Assembly (NCBI GenBank): GCA_002269645.1 | Contig: NIVC01003607.1 | Location: 1-64,000 of the forward strand | Source of the DNA: Macrostomum lignano | Lineage: Eukaryota | Reading direction: 5' to 3' | DNA length: 64,000 bases | The notes under the pieces: generated by a model | What the model was told of the DNA's origin: nothing | The model's database searches: none | Seen by the model: only the letters and a program-made list of their open reading frames with translations | Position numbers and translations under genes: made by a program | Part shown: one piece after another, positions 1 to 11,920 of the stretch | How positions within the stretch are numbered: the first letter of the stretch is position 1 | Layout of the letters: every line of letters starts with the position of its first letter

Positions 1-44
1 TTTCGCAGTCGGCAAGCAAGCAACAAAAGCTACGAACCTCCTGA

Positions 45-3000
45 ATGCCACTCGTCAATAGAAAGCAGCCGTCAACAGCTGCGTCCAAGCCGGGGCAGAC
101 TCTGAACTCTAAAATTGGTTTGAACAGTTTAAGATGCTGCTTCTGCTGCTGCTGAAGCTCAAGGCAGCGCGCTTTGCTACAGTTTTTATACCCATAGCAT
201 TGGTAGCCTCCAGTCTTTATATAGTGCCTCTCCTTGGCGACATCAAATCGAAACAGGAAAAAACGGCAGCGATCAGCGTGTCTTCTACAGCGCCTCCGAC
301 TTTGCAGCATCGAAGGCCAAAGTTCTGGTTGACCGCTCCAGCTTCCCGGCTGAAACAGCAGCCGCGATCAGCATCATGAAAGCTGGAGGTGGCGATGCTA
401 ATTGGATTGAGGAGTGCGGGCCAGAGGCCGACTGCAGAGAGCGGTTCATCAATCTCGGAGGACACGAAGCCATTGTTGCCCTGATCCGCTACTCAAAAAA
501 ACCAGACGAATCGCGAGCTGTATTGGAATGTCTCCACCTTCATGGAGCCAAAGTCGATATCAGATGCGCTTTTCTGTACAAGGTGATGGTTCTGTCTGTC
601 CAGGCAACCTTGGGTTCGTGAATTTCAAAGAGATACAAATGTTCAACTTTTTGAAAAATATTCAAACAATAGCGATCAGGTAGAGCGCTATGACAACGAA
701 AAGACGAATCCTTGCCAAACTCGGTTTGTGCCAATGGGGTTAAAAAAGATACATTTAGCCAATTGACGTCAACGTTTGTACGCATCTCAGTCAGCCTGTC
801 AGCGATCGGAGTGAACTTCTACCTGCTCATCTCTACTGTCCTGCATCCGCATGATCAAGACCGATGGCTTCCTGCAGCAGCTGTTTCGCAGCGGCCTGTC
901 CGTGTCTGCCTATTGGCTGGTAATTTGGCTCGTCACTGCGCTCGAGTGCCTCTTTTTCGCGGGCGTTTTCACAGCATCGAACGCGCTGGAGTGTTTGGGA
1001 GTTTTTCCAGCCTCAGCCATGGCTCGAGTCTTCATCTTCTTCGCACTGTTTTGCCTCAACCTGGCTGCCTTCATGCTGCTGCTGGAGCTGCTGCTGCCAC
1101 CTCTGCACTCGTGTCCATGATGACCATAGTGATGAGCATCGGACTTCTGGTAGCAAGTTTCAACAGTACTTTTCTTCAAGAACAAGCGAAATTCTTATTG
1201 TACATTTTTTCGCCACTGTTCGCCACCGAGTACATCATCAAGCTGTTCAACTCTGAGGTGAGGCGACAGTTCTCAGTAGCTGAGCTGAAGCATGAAGACG
1301 ACTCTGAGCGACTCTCCCAGATTCTGACCTGGACAGCGATTGGGCTGCTGCTGTTTGCTCTGTTGCTGACTTATCTGGACTTCATGCTGAGCAGCGGCAA
1401 TGGTCTTTGTCTACCACCGCACTACCCGTTCATGCCCGACTTCTGGTGCCCGAAAGGCCACAAGGACCGCAGCGACTCCGCTCCGAGCCAAGGCCAGCAG
1501 AAAAGACCGAACTGAACATCGAACCCGTGATGGGGCTGCAACCCGTTGTCCTTGTGAAGGATGTCAGCAAGAAATATCAGAGCTGCTGTTTTTCAGACGG
1601 TCCAACTGTGCTAAAGAGACTGTCCTGTAAGCTGTTTCTGGCTCTGCCGTTGCCTAAAATCCAATTTTCCATGACATACGCTCGTACTGCAAATTGAAAG
1701 TACCCAGGAGCTCCTGACATCTTAGAGCTGAGATAGTAGAACTGAGATGGAAGAGCTGAGATAGTAGAGCTGAGAACTTGGAGCTGAGATGATAGAGCTG
1801 ATTCAGAATTAATTGTCAAGTACTACGAGGGGAGAAAAAACAATCAGTGCAAATCTTTCTATCGTAAAATTGTTTAATTGTCATTATCAAGATACCAGTG
1901 CACAGTGCAAAAAATTAAAATTATCAGTAACTGGCCAATCGCTATTAGTGGGGCGGGGTTGTTTGCCGGCGCCCCTGTGTTTGGGGTGGGTCTTGTCGTG
2001 TATGGGGAATAAATCGAAGCCTTTGAAGGTGTGGATTTCGGTAGGGGGGGCTTTTTGGCTTGCTGTTCTCTCCTTCGCTTGGCTGGCGCTGCCTGATACA
2101 GCTAGCTATAAGTGATTTCCGCTCATTTCAAAATCAAATGCAGGCACGATTTACCGAGGCCAGATCACGGCTCTCATCGGACACAACGGCGCTGGCAAGT
2201 CGACGCTCATCAAGATCCTCACAGGCGAGGAGCTGCCAGACGAGGGAACGGCCCACATCGGCGGCTGTCTAGTGACGAACCCGCTGCTCCGTCTGTCGCT
2301 CAGAGGTCGGATCAGCACCTGTCCGCAGTTCGACGTCCTCTGCGACTCGCTCACTGTGATGGAGTGCATCCGAGTCACTCTGGTCAGCAGGGCGGCCAGC
2401 GACACCAGCCAGCTTGAGAGAGCTCGCGGAATGCTGCAGAGACTCGGTCTCGGAGACAAGGAGGATGTGCTGTCTTGCGACCTGAGCGGCGTCAGAAGAG
2501 AAAGGTGAGCACGATCCTGGCTCTGCTGGGCGACCCGGACGTTGTGTTTCTCGACGAGCCAACGAGCGGACTGGACCCGGTGTCGAGGCGGCAGCTGTGG
2601 CAGCTGCTGCAGGAGGAGAAGAGCGCCCGCTCCATCATCCTGTGCACGCAGTTCATGGACGAGGCGGACATCCTGGCGGACCGCAAGATCTTCCTGTGCG
2701 GCGGCAAGATCGTGTGCGCTGGGTCTTCGATGTTTCTGAAGCGAGCGTTCGGCTGCAGCTTCACGCTGAATGTGTCGCTGAAGTCCAAGTCAGGCGCGGA
2801 GTCGCTGCTGGCCAAGCTGAAGCAGGTCCATGTCAAAAGCCTTGATGAAACCGAACTGCAGCTGGAGGTTCCCGCATTGAACTCGTCTGTTTTGACCGAG
2901 GCAGTTCAGGTTCTGGAGAACAGCAGAGAAGTCGAGACGTTCGGTCTGTCTCAGGCTTCTCTCGATGACATTTTCATGAGGCTGGGCGGGATGGATTCTG

Positions 3001-6000
3001 AAGACGTTGTTCGGGCATTTCAAGCGGGCACTCTGACGCTTTCCCAGCTTTCCCAGAAAAAAGACTTACCGGTTGAGACTCCCGTTAAGACGGAAGCTTC
3101 AAAGCCGTGGCTGATAAATTCTAACAAAGCAAAAACTTCTGCCCTGGTCCAGTTTGTCGCCTTGTTCATTGTGAACATGAAGCGGCAGGTGCGGGATCCG
3201 TTCAATCTTGTGGGCAGAATTCTTGTGCCGCGCCGCCCTGCTCGTAGCGATAGCTGTTGGCTCTGCTCGGTCAATAGATTTCGTGACGGAGAAGACAAAT
3301 GCCTCAGCACAAAACCAGATGGATATTCTGGCCGTCCCTCAATCCATGCGACTCAGTTTTTTTGGAATGCAGGAGATTCCCATTGCGTGCGTTTCCGACG
3401 GAGACGCAAATCCCGTGTCCGTGGACGAGTGCAGCGACTCGCTCTTCCAGAAGCGACTGGAAAGAAAGCACCTAGTGCACCAATCCTTATCAAAAAGTCT
3501 CCATCTCAAAGCTTAGAGCAATTTCTGTCGCTGAAGTCAACCAAGGACAAGCTCTACGGCGAGTTGAAGGCGAAACAGGTCAAATATACGAGTATGAGAG
3601 AATTGATGCCATGCGCTGTGTATTACGCTTCGCCGTGGTTAAAAAGTGTAGCCAACACCGACCGATATGTGGGCGTTGGAATATTTTTTGGAGAAGAATT
3701 TTACTTACCTACAGCGCATGTTCACAAAAGAGCTCTTGTTCAATTGCTAATGTATTTCGGAATTCCGGGACCGGAAGCAACCACCGCATTAGCGCTCATA
3801 GATAAATTTGACCATGCTTGGGTCAGTCTAGGATTTGAGTTGCGACTGTTTCTCCTACTAATGCCTTTGTTTGCAATCTCCTGCTTGAGCGATCCGATCG
3901 AAGACATGAGCAGCCGAGTGCGCAGCTACCTCGTAGCAACTGGCATGACGCACATGGCCTACTGGGTCAACACATTTGTCACGCACTGGGTCCAGTACGC
4001 CATTTGCTACGTGATTGCTGTCGGGCTGCTAATGATGTCTCAGGCATACAACAGTGCTTACCTCGTACTAATCGCCTTCTTGCCGGCGTTTATTTTTGGA
4101 AACCGTGTCCAACCTGCTGACTGTCTACGCCATCGCTGTACTCACAAGGAAAAGGAGCACCCTGGTCTCCACAGGCTGCGTCCTGGTCTCTGTCCTTTTG
4201 CCCTCATTTGTAGTTATGTTTCAAAATTTTCCGGTTTATTTGAAACTACTCATTTGGATAGTTCCCACCATGGCTCCCATTACCCTAATGTACTTCAGCA
4301 CTGAGCATTTTTTATATAAGCTTGCCTACTATCAAATCATAGACGGCTCTGAGCTGCCTGGCATGATTGACAGTCTGTGGACGAATTCCGGCATCTTCCA
4401 CTCTCTCATAGCGATGCCGGTGCACATCATTATCTTGCTGGGCATCATTTTTTGCCGTGGAAGAAAGCGCCGCAATCAAAGAGGCCGTGTGCCACCGCGG
4501 AGCCCAGACCAAGCCTGAAAGCTCGATAGCGACATGGAAGACGGCGCAAAGAAAGAAGCAGAGAGGGTGCTGGCGGCTCCCAGGAGCTCCAAGAACGTGC
4601 TGGAGGTTCGACAGCTGCAAAAGATTTATCCGAACGGAGTCCACGCTGTGCGAGGCGTCACCTTCGGAGCGATGGCCGGCGAGATCTTTGGTCTGCTGGG
4701 CGCGAACGGAGCCGGCAAGTCCACCTCATGTCGGTGATTGTCGGCGAGGAGGCCGCGACGGAGGGCGCCTGCGAGGTCCGCATGCAGGATGGTGCCTGGT
4801 TGTCCGGTCGGAGGGATCCACAGTCGGCGCCATCGGCTACTGCCCGCAGTACAACCCGCTGTTCAACAGCATCACCGTGGCCGAGCACATCCGCTTTTAC
4901 GCGGACATCCGCGCTGGACTCGATCGAGGCCGAGCAACAGACGATCCGGCTGATGCAGAGCCTCGGCCTGTCGCAGCACAGCGACAAGCAGGCCGGCCAG
5001 CTGTCGGGCGGCAACAAGCGGCGTCTCTGCCTCGCCATCGCTCTGCTGGGCGACCAGCGCTCATCGTCATCGACGAGGCCTCGACCGGCGTAGATCCCGA
5101 GAACAAGCGCTTCATCTGGGGCGCCATCCGTTACATGACAAAAAATAAAAGAGTTGTCATGGTCACGACGCACAGCATGGAGGAGGTCGAGGCTCTGTGC
5201 AGTCGGGTCGGCATCATGAACAAGGGCAGGATGATCTCAGTGGGCACCGTGCAGCAGCTTTTGAGTCGGTAAGTTTGCATTACAAAAATTACATTCTCGC
5301 GAAAAAAGATAGCTTTGCGAGGTGTCTTAGTCTCATCAATGGTCCAGTCGCCTTAGGTCAGCATCTAGGATTTTGTACCTGGTTGCTACGATCTACAAGA
5401 TTAGAATTTTGAGAGCTTTTAGTTATAGCGTTCCGGGGGCTCGTATATTTCTTGTGCGTTGCTAGATCTTTAAGCTTACTGCGTAGTGTACAGTGTCGTT
5501 TATGGTTGATGGGGAAGGAACGATGGGAAAAATACAGCAACCATTAAGCTTATAGTAACTACAACCTCCCTCCAAAGGGAAGGTAAATTAAGGAGGGATC
5601 ATAAGCAGGTGGTGCCTTTTGGAATGTGAAGAAAACAGGCATGTGCGCAGCAGATCGACATGTAGTTCAATCAAAAGTGCTAACTAAACTACTAAATAAT
5701 GTGGAGCTCGCATCAGTTCGCGTTTCTTCACGGAGGTAAATTGCGTGTCGTTATATGCATACTGGCTTCGGTAGGGAGATGTCAAAATACTTATAGGAAG
5801 TCGGCTCCAGCGGTGGTGGCTTTTGGCGTGCGGCAGTGTTGAGCGGGTTAATCACGAAATGGTGAAGAACTTAGTCTGGTGGCACAAAAACGGAAACATG
5901 AACTGACAGATCGCGCGGCGCGTCGTCAGCGATGTGTGTTTAGCTGGAAGGCTGAGGATGTGCGAGGTGGTGCTGTCCCAAATCCAATCCATCTGGAACG

Positions 6001-7105
6001 AGTTCGTGTCGAATTGTTGGACACGCTCGTATTAGCAGCTCCGAGACATCGTAGAAGAGTCAGCTGTAGGCTTTGAGCTGACGTTTAGTCGCCGAAGAAT
6101 TGGCAGCTAGCTACTCGATCTGCACTTGTGGCCAGTCCTAGTTGAATTTGACTGGCTGGTTAAACCGTCTAGCTAGACTGTTGACAGTGCAAAATCGTGT
6201 TGTGCGCGATGGTGCGTGATGCCACGCAAACCATATCAGAGCACGAGGCTCTGGCCCACGCTCTGCTACGTCAGCAGAGGCTAATTGTGCTCCCAGTTTG
6301 GAGCTGCAGCAGCTGGTGGACACTGCGTACTCTGCGATGCTGGGCTCTGCGTTGGGGCGTGCGCTGCGGCCCGGGCTCGGAGTCCAACGTCGCTAGGGCC
6401 TAATGCGGCCTTCTGAGCTGCGCGAGAGGTGACTCAGGATGGCTGGCCACGTCATCCGGTCGGAAAGTCGCTGCCTCGAGCCGCTACACGACTAGCTTTT
6501 GTGGACGGCGCAGGGTCCGCGGAGACGAGGACGACGGCGAACGATGCGCTACCCCGACAGCTGCTCCTGAGGGATGCGAGAGCTCCCGTTCGGACTCTGA
6601 CTAGGGGCGCTGACTTTTTGAGAAGGACCGCCCTAAAGGTGTTTGACATCTCCCCTCCTGTGTCCACTCGTGGCCGGCGAGAGGTGTATTTTTTTGCTGT
6701 TTTTGTTGCTATTGCAGGCAATGGGGCATTTTTATTGACACCCGCAGCTATGGAGACGCGTACACGCTGGAGCTGCTGCTGGCCCCGGAGACCGAGCCAG
6801 TAGTCAGACAGAAAAAGCTGATCATCAAGAAAGTGGTGTCGGAGCAGTTCAAAGGAGCGCAGACGCAGGAGGACCTCGGCATCGGCCTGGTCATGCAGTT
6901 CTCGCTGCCCAAGTCGTCAGTGCGCAGCCTGTCGGGTGCACTGAGGTGGATCTCAGTCCTTCAGAGCCGTCTAGGCGTGAGCTACTGGGCCCTCTACCAG
7001 ATATCGCTGGATCAGGTGTTCGTGAAGCTGGTGAAGATGTTCGACCGTCCGGTCCCGAAGCCTGCAGGAAGAAGTCAAGAATACTTCAGAAGAAGACATC
7101 CTTAA
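45..7105 (+). pseudogene. ABCA: ABCA-subfamily (ABCA5-like) full transporter, paralog 1; 3 exons (~45-1626, 2144-5268, 6748-7105); many frameshifts (pseudogene or assembly errors)
   Basis: TMD-NBD-TMD-NBD pieces across shifted frames: Walker [10 protein letters not shown] (~2180), Walker [27 protein letters not shown], second Walker A GANGAGKST (~4700), LSGGNKRRL, IDEASTGVDP, THSMEEVEALC. GT/AG sites at 1627/2143 and 5269/6747 are at the same positions as in the paralog at 12534. Roughly 15 or more single-base indels relative to the paralog. Confidence 0.9.
6235..6590 (+). mobile_element. Degenerate 3' fragment of a non-LTR retrotransposon ORF2 (RTE-like) in ABCA paralog 1 intron 2
   Basis: Manual translation gives ELQQLVDTAYSAMLGSAL...RPSELRER...AGHVIRSESRCLEPLHD*LLWTAQGPRRRGRRRTMRYPD, with stops and shifts. 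This resembles the post-RT C-terminus of RTE-clade ORF2 (RLxxAGH..R....LLW...G.R.RGR...Y.D). The paralog's equivalent intron is only 154 bp. Confidence 0.55.
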
Positions 7106-7584
7106 CGGGGTGTTGAGGTTTTTACTGTATTTACAATTAGATAAACAGATTACTTTTTTAATAATTTATCCCTACTTATCACAACGCGTAATCCATGCTG
7201 CGTAAAGAATTTCCGTAATAAACTGACATACTATGAGAAGCGCTTGACTGGCGACCGGCTTCAGTGTGTCTTCATTTATGCCAGCTGAAGATGTTTGAAT
7301 GCGTAAATGCGTAAAGTATATAAAGCTGTGGCTGTAGCAATTGTTGATGACCTGGAGATCGGCGCCTTCCCATGGATGCTGCGAGCTGTCATCGTGTCTC
7401 TCAAGCTATTCGTCGCACGTCGTTTCATGATCAAGGATGGCTATACTGTTGTGGTCAGCCATATGAGTGACCGCGGTCACTGCTGCTTCCTACAGTGATT
7501 GTTGTATATGGCCTACAGTGATTGCTGCATTGCAAACATAAAACAATAGGTACTAATGAAAACAGACGAAAACAAAAACCATAC

Positions 7585-7764
7585 TGTGAAAACTCCACTT
7601 CGGGGGTAAGACCCCCCAAAGGCAGAGAGCTTGTATTTATCATAGCTGGCCAACAATAAAGGTTGTCTGACAAAGCGTCAGCCAATCACACGCGCGCGTG
7701 CAGGTGTACACCTGCACTGTACATTACACTGAGCGGAGCAACTGAGCAGACCCACGCTACCACA
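7585..7764 (-). repeat. 3' LTR (180 bp, TGTG...CACA) with adjacent polypurine tract
   Basis: Begins TGTGAAAAC and ends GCTACCACA. It is followed on + by TCCCTCCCC (7765-7773), i.e. GGGGAGGGA immediately before TGTGG on -. Confidence 0.85.
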
Positions 7765-7996
7765 TCCCTCCCCATCTACATGGGGATCAGGGATCGCAAG
7801 AGAATACATTAGAGCAACACATTTTAGTGAGGAACAATAACTCAATAAATAACTTAATAATAAATAATAATTAACCAGCACCAAAACTACGCAACGCAAG
7901 ATAGAAAAGCAACGACACAAACAGAATAAAGGAAAATAACCCATAACCATAACAAAGTTCAAAATCCAAAATTAAACGTCCGAACACTACAGTCAA

Positions 7997-10468
7997 TCAA
8001 ACAGTCTCTTCCACAGATGACGTCACCCATAGCTCAGGCGCTCCGGGGACGTCGAACTCGCGAAGATCGGCGCAGAGACCCGTCGATCTCAGGGTCTCCA
8101 GGAGCAGCCAGGTTTGGCCGCACCACTCGGTCGTCGCCATCGAAGCCGCACAGGTAGGAGGTCGGATCGGCGGCACTGACAACACGCGCCGGCTTCCACC
8201 GACCTCCGTTGGCTCCAAAGTCTCTGGCCAGTACAGCGTCTCCAGTCTCGAAGGTCCGGAACCGAGCTTTGCAGTCGTGGTGCTCTTTTTGCTGACTTTG
8301 CTTACGCTGTACTCTTGCTCCCAGGTCTGGCCGAGCTCGATGCACAGTCGCCGTCCCATCAGGAGTTCGCAGGGAGCCACACCAGTCGTCGCATGCGGAG
8401 TGACCCGATAGCTCAGCAGGAACCGGGCGACCTTATCCTCCAAGGAGCCTTCGCGCTGCTTCTCCAGGGACCGCTTCAGCGTCTGGACAGTTCGTTCCGC
8501 CAGGCCGTTGGACGCCGGATGGTAGGGAGCAATGTGCACGTGCTTAGTGCCGTTCTTCCGCAGAAAGTCGGACATCTCCTCGCTGACCAAGTTGGGCCCA
8601 TTGTCCGACACCAGCACATCTGGCAACCCGTGCGTCGCGAAGCTGGAGCGGAGTTTCTGGATGGTGACAGCTGAGGTCGCTGACGTCACCACATGCACAT
8701 CCAGCCACTTTGAATGCGCATCGACGACAACCAGCAGCATCTTGCCAGACACCGGACCCGCATAGTCGATATGCACTCGAGACCACGGTCGGTCAGGCCA
8801 CGGCCACGACAACATTGGCGAAGGCGCCGGGGCGTTCTGCAACTCCTGATAGTCGGAGCAGGCCTTGGCCAGGTTTTCAATCTCCGAGTCTAATCCTGGC
8901 CACTAGAAATAACCTCGGGCTAACGTCTTCATGCGAGACGCCCCCGCATGACCTTGATGCAGCACCTAGAGCAGTGCAGCTCGCGCTCCGACCGGGACCA
9001 CCACTCGAGCGCCCCACAGGAGACAGCCGTCTTGCGCACTGAGCTCAGCCGCTCTCTTGGAGTATGGCAGCAGATCGTCACTGACCCGCTCTGACCAGCC
9101 GATTTGCGTGAAGTGCAGAGCTCGGGCAAGTGTAGGGTCCCTTCGAGTCAGGCCGCGTATCTGAGCTGCCGTGACAGGTCCATCATCCAGGTGGTCCATC
9201 AGCATGATCAGCTCTGCCAGCTTCGGGACCGTTGCCGGCTTGTCGGGCAGCGGCAGGCGACTCAGGGCATCGGCGCACAGCAGTGAGGCTCCGGCTCGGT
9301 GAACCATGCCGTAGTTATAGCCAGACAGCAGCAGAGCCCACCTCTGAATTCTTCCAGATGCCAGGGCCGGCACGGCCTTGTTCTCAGCAAGCAATCCAAG
9401 CAGAGGTTTGTGGTCACTCACCAGCAGAAATGGGCGGCCGAACAGGTACGCGTTGAACTTCTTGACCGCAAACACTACCGCGAGGGCTTCCTTCTCGAGC
9501 TGCGAGTAGTTTTTCTCAGCGTCGTGCAACGTACGCGAGGCAAAGGCCACAGGCCGGACAGCTCCATCGATCCTGTGGCTGATGAGCGCGCCCAGACCGT
9601 AGGGGGACGCGTCGCACTCGAGCAGCAGGTCTTCGCTCGGGTCAAAGTGCGCCAATACCGGAGCCGAGGACAGCAGTGTCTTGCACTTCTCGAAAGCGGC
9701 GTTCTGAGCAGCGCCCCAGTTCCAGCGGTGTTGCTCGCGCAGCAGCAGGTGCAGCGTTGCCAGGACTTGAGACAATTTAGGCAGGAACTTGCCATAGTAG
9801 TTCACCATGCCTAGGAAACTGCGCAGCTGAGTTGCGTCCTTGGGAGCTGGAGCGCTGACAATTGCCTCGACCTTGTCTTTGATCGGGTGCAGGCCGTCGG
9901 CATCGATGCGGTGACCGAGATAACTGACGCTCGTCTGCATGAACTGGCACTTCTCCAGCTTGCACCGGAGGCCGCTCTGGCTCAGCTTCTCCAAAACCTG
10001 CTCCAGAGAGTTCAGATGACTGCTGTCGTCCTTCCCGGTGATGATGAGGTCATCGATGAAGCAGGCGGTGCTGGTGATTCCTTACAGCAAGCAGTCCATC
10101 CGGCGCTGAAAAAGTCCGACCGCTGGCGAGACACCGAAAGGCAGCCGCGTATACTGGGAGGCCTCATCGAGTGGCAGCTGCATGTACGCCTGCGACAAGT
10201 CGAGCTTATTGAAGAGCCGCCCACCAGCCAGCTTCGCGAACAGCTCTTCGATCCGCGGCAGAGGATACGAGTCGGGCTCCACGTTCGGGTTGACGGTCTG
10301 CTTGAAGTCGTCGCAGACCCTCACAGAGCCGTCGGACTTGAGCACTGGCACCACCGGCGATGCGTACTCGGAGTGCTGCACGGGCACCAGGATTCCTTGT
10401 TCGATCTTGCGGTTCAGTTGGCTCTCCACCTTGTCCTTCAAAGCGAAAGGGAGATTCCTGGCCTTCAT
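7997..10468 (-). pseudogene. pol: Retrotransposon pol (RT, RNase H, integrase), disrupted
   Basis: RT: YPLPRIEELF, LDLSQAYMQ, RLPFG, CFIDD (~10060). RH: LECDASPYGLGA, YSQLEKEALAV, SDHKPL. IN: WSRVHIDYAGP, VSDNGP, YHPASNGLAER. Frameshifts at ~10468 and ~8345; in-frame stops at 10082, 8966 and 8903. Confidence 0.93.
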
Positions 10469-11766
10469 AAAGCGGGTTGAGCATCATGTTTCATATTCAA
10501 ACTCACTGGTGGTCCGTTGTACTTTCCTAGCTCAGGCGAAAAAACATCGCTGTACTTGTCGAGCAGCTGTTGCAGTCTGGGCGACACCTCAGGAGCAGCT
10601 GCCACCTGCTTGATTGATCTCCAGTCGAGCCGCAACTCGGACAGCCAGTCTCTTCCGAGCAGGTCGGATCCGCAGCCGGCAACCACAAGGAGGCTGAGTG
10701 GCTTGGGCGGTGCTTCAGCAGCTTCCACAGCAACGCAGATGCAGCCTTTAATTGGCACTTTCTTACCGGAGTATGTTCGCAGCTGCATGGACGCAGGCTG
10801 CAGTGCTGGCTGGGAGTTGAGCACGGTCCTGTAGGTCTTCGAGGATACAAGGGACACGGAGGCTCCGGTGTCCACTTCCATGACAACAGGTCGGCCATTG
10901 ATGCGCACCGTCGTTGTAATCGGTGGCACCTTCGACACCCGCTTGCCGGACAGCTGGTACAGAGAGTGGGCCGTTTCCTCCTCGCAGCTGTCTTTTTCCT
11001 CGCCGTCCTGCATCTGCAGAGCCTCTCTTCTATCGTCCTTCGACTGGGATTTGCAGGCAGCCGCAGTGTGGCCGGTCTTTGAGCACTTGTAGCACTTCTG
11101 GGTGGCGAACGGGCACTTATTAGCGAGATGCTTCGTTGACAGGCACCTGAAGCACCTCCTTGTCGAAGATGACTTCTGCTGTTGCTTGACAATGCTAACG
11201 GACTCCTGACTGATTGGATCTGGCTTACTCGCTCCCGACACCAGCTGGCAGCCCTTGGCAGCGGACTCGTGGGCCAGGGCCAGCTTCAATGCCTTCGCTA
11301 GAGTGAGCTCGGGCTCCGCCAGCAGCCGCCGCTGAGCGCCGTCGTTGTTGATTCCCAGCACCAGCCTGTCGCGAAGTATCGAAGTCAGGCTGTCGCCGAA
11401 CTTGCAGTCGCGAGCCAGGTCTCGGAGGTCTGCGACGAAGTCAGCGACGCCCTCATCTTCCCTGTGATTTCTGGTGTAGAACCGGTAACGATGGACGATC
11501 TCGGACTCCTCAGGCTCGAAACGGCTCTTCAGTGCTTCGCAAATTTCGGTGTAGCTCTTGGCTGATGGCTGTGCAGGAGACAGAAGACTGAAGGCCAGAT
11601 GGAAGACTTTCTTGCCGCATGAACTCAGCAGAATCGCTCGCTTTTTCGCTTCCTCAGTGACGTCATTGGCAACAAAATATTGTTCTAACCTTGCTTGGTA
11701 CATATGCCACGGCTCAGAGCCTTCTTCGTATGGGCCGACAAGCTCTAGTGCACTTGCACTACTCAT
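10465..11766 (-). CDS. gag: Retrotransposon Gag + aspartic protease
   Basis: 433-aa ORF: YQARLEQYFVAN, LRDRLVLGI, zinc knuckles CFRCLSTKHLANKC and CYKCSKTGHTAAAC, protease VDTGASVSL. Confidence 0.93.
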   Translation of the reverse strand: MSSASALELVGPYEEGSEPWHMYQARLEQYFVANDVTEEAKKRAILLSSCGKKVFHLAFSLLSPAQPSAKSYTEICEALKSRFEPEESEIVHRYRFYTRNHREDEGVADFVADLRDLARDCKFGDSLTSILRDRLVLGINNDGAQRRLLAEPELTLAKALKLALAHESAAKGCQLVSGASKPDPISQESVSIVKQQQKSSSTRRCFRCLSTKHLANKCPFATQKCYKCSKTGHTAAACKSQSKDDRREALQMQDGEEKDSCEEETAHSLYQLSGKRVSKVPPITTTVRINGRPVVMEVDTGASVSLVSSKTYRTVLNSQPALQPASMQLRTYSGKKVPIKGCICVAVEAAEAPPKPLSLLVVAGCGSDLLGRDWLSELRLDWRSIKQVAAAPEVSPRLQQLLDKYSDVFSPELGKYNGPPVSLNMKHDAQPAL

Positions 11767-11781
11767 TTGTGCCTACTCAGT

Positions 11782-11791
11782 CTCGTCGCCA
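11782..11791 (-). promoter_or_regulatory. Primer-binding site TGGCGACGAG, complementary to the 3' end of tRNA-Ser(GCU)
   Basis: On -, the LTR end ...TTCACA is followed by G then TGGCGACGAG. Eukaryotic tRNA-Ser(GCU) ends ...CUCGUCG-CCA (established knowledge). Confidence 0.75.
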
Positions 11792-11792
11792 C

Positions 11793-11920
11793 TGTGAAAA
11801 CTCCACTTCGGGGGTAAGACCCCCCCAAAGGCAGAGAGCTTGTATTTAATATAGCTGGCCAACAATAAAGGTTGTCTGACAAAGCGTCAGCCAATCACAC
11901 GCGCGCGTGCAGGTGTACAC
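11793..11920 (-). repeat. 5' LTR, missing its outer ~52 bp
   Basis: Matches 7585-7711 except one C-run indel and two substitutions. Homology stops after GGTGTACAC at 11920. No TSD matching the left flank (CATAC). Confidence 0.85.

Larger units (their letters stand above)
7585..11920 (-). mobile_element. Ty3/Gypsy LTR retrotransposon, Mag-like, defective; 5' LTR truncated
   Basis: Direct repeats at 7585 and 11793; gag-PR-RT-RH-IN domain order; PBS and PPT present; two CCHC knuckles and short LTRs as in Mag-lineage elements. Confidence 0.95.
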
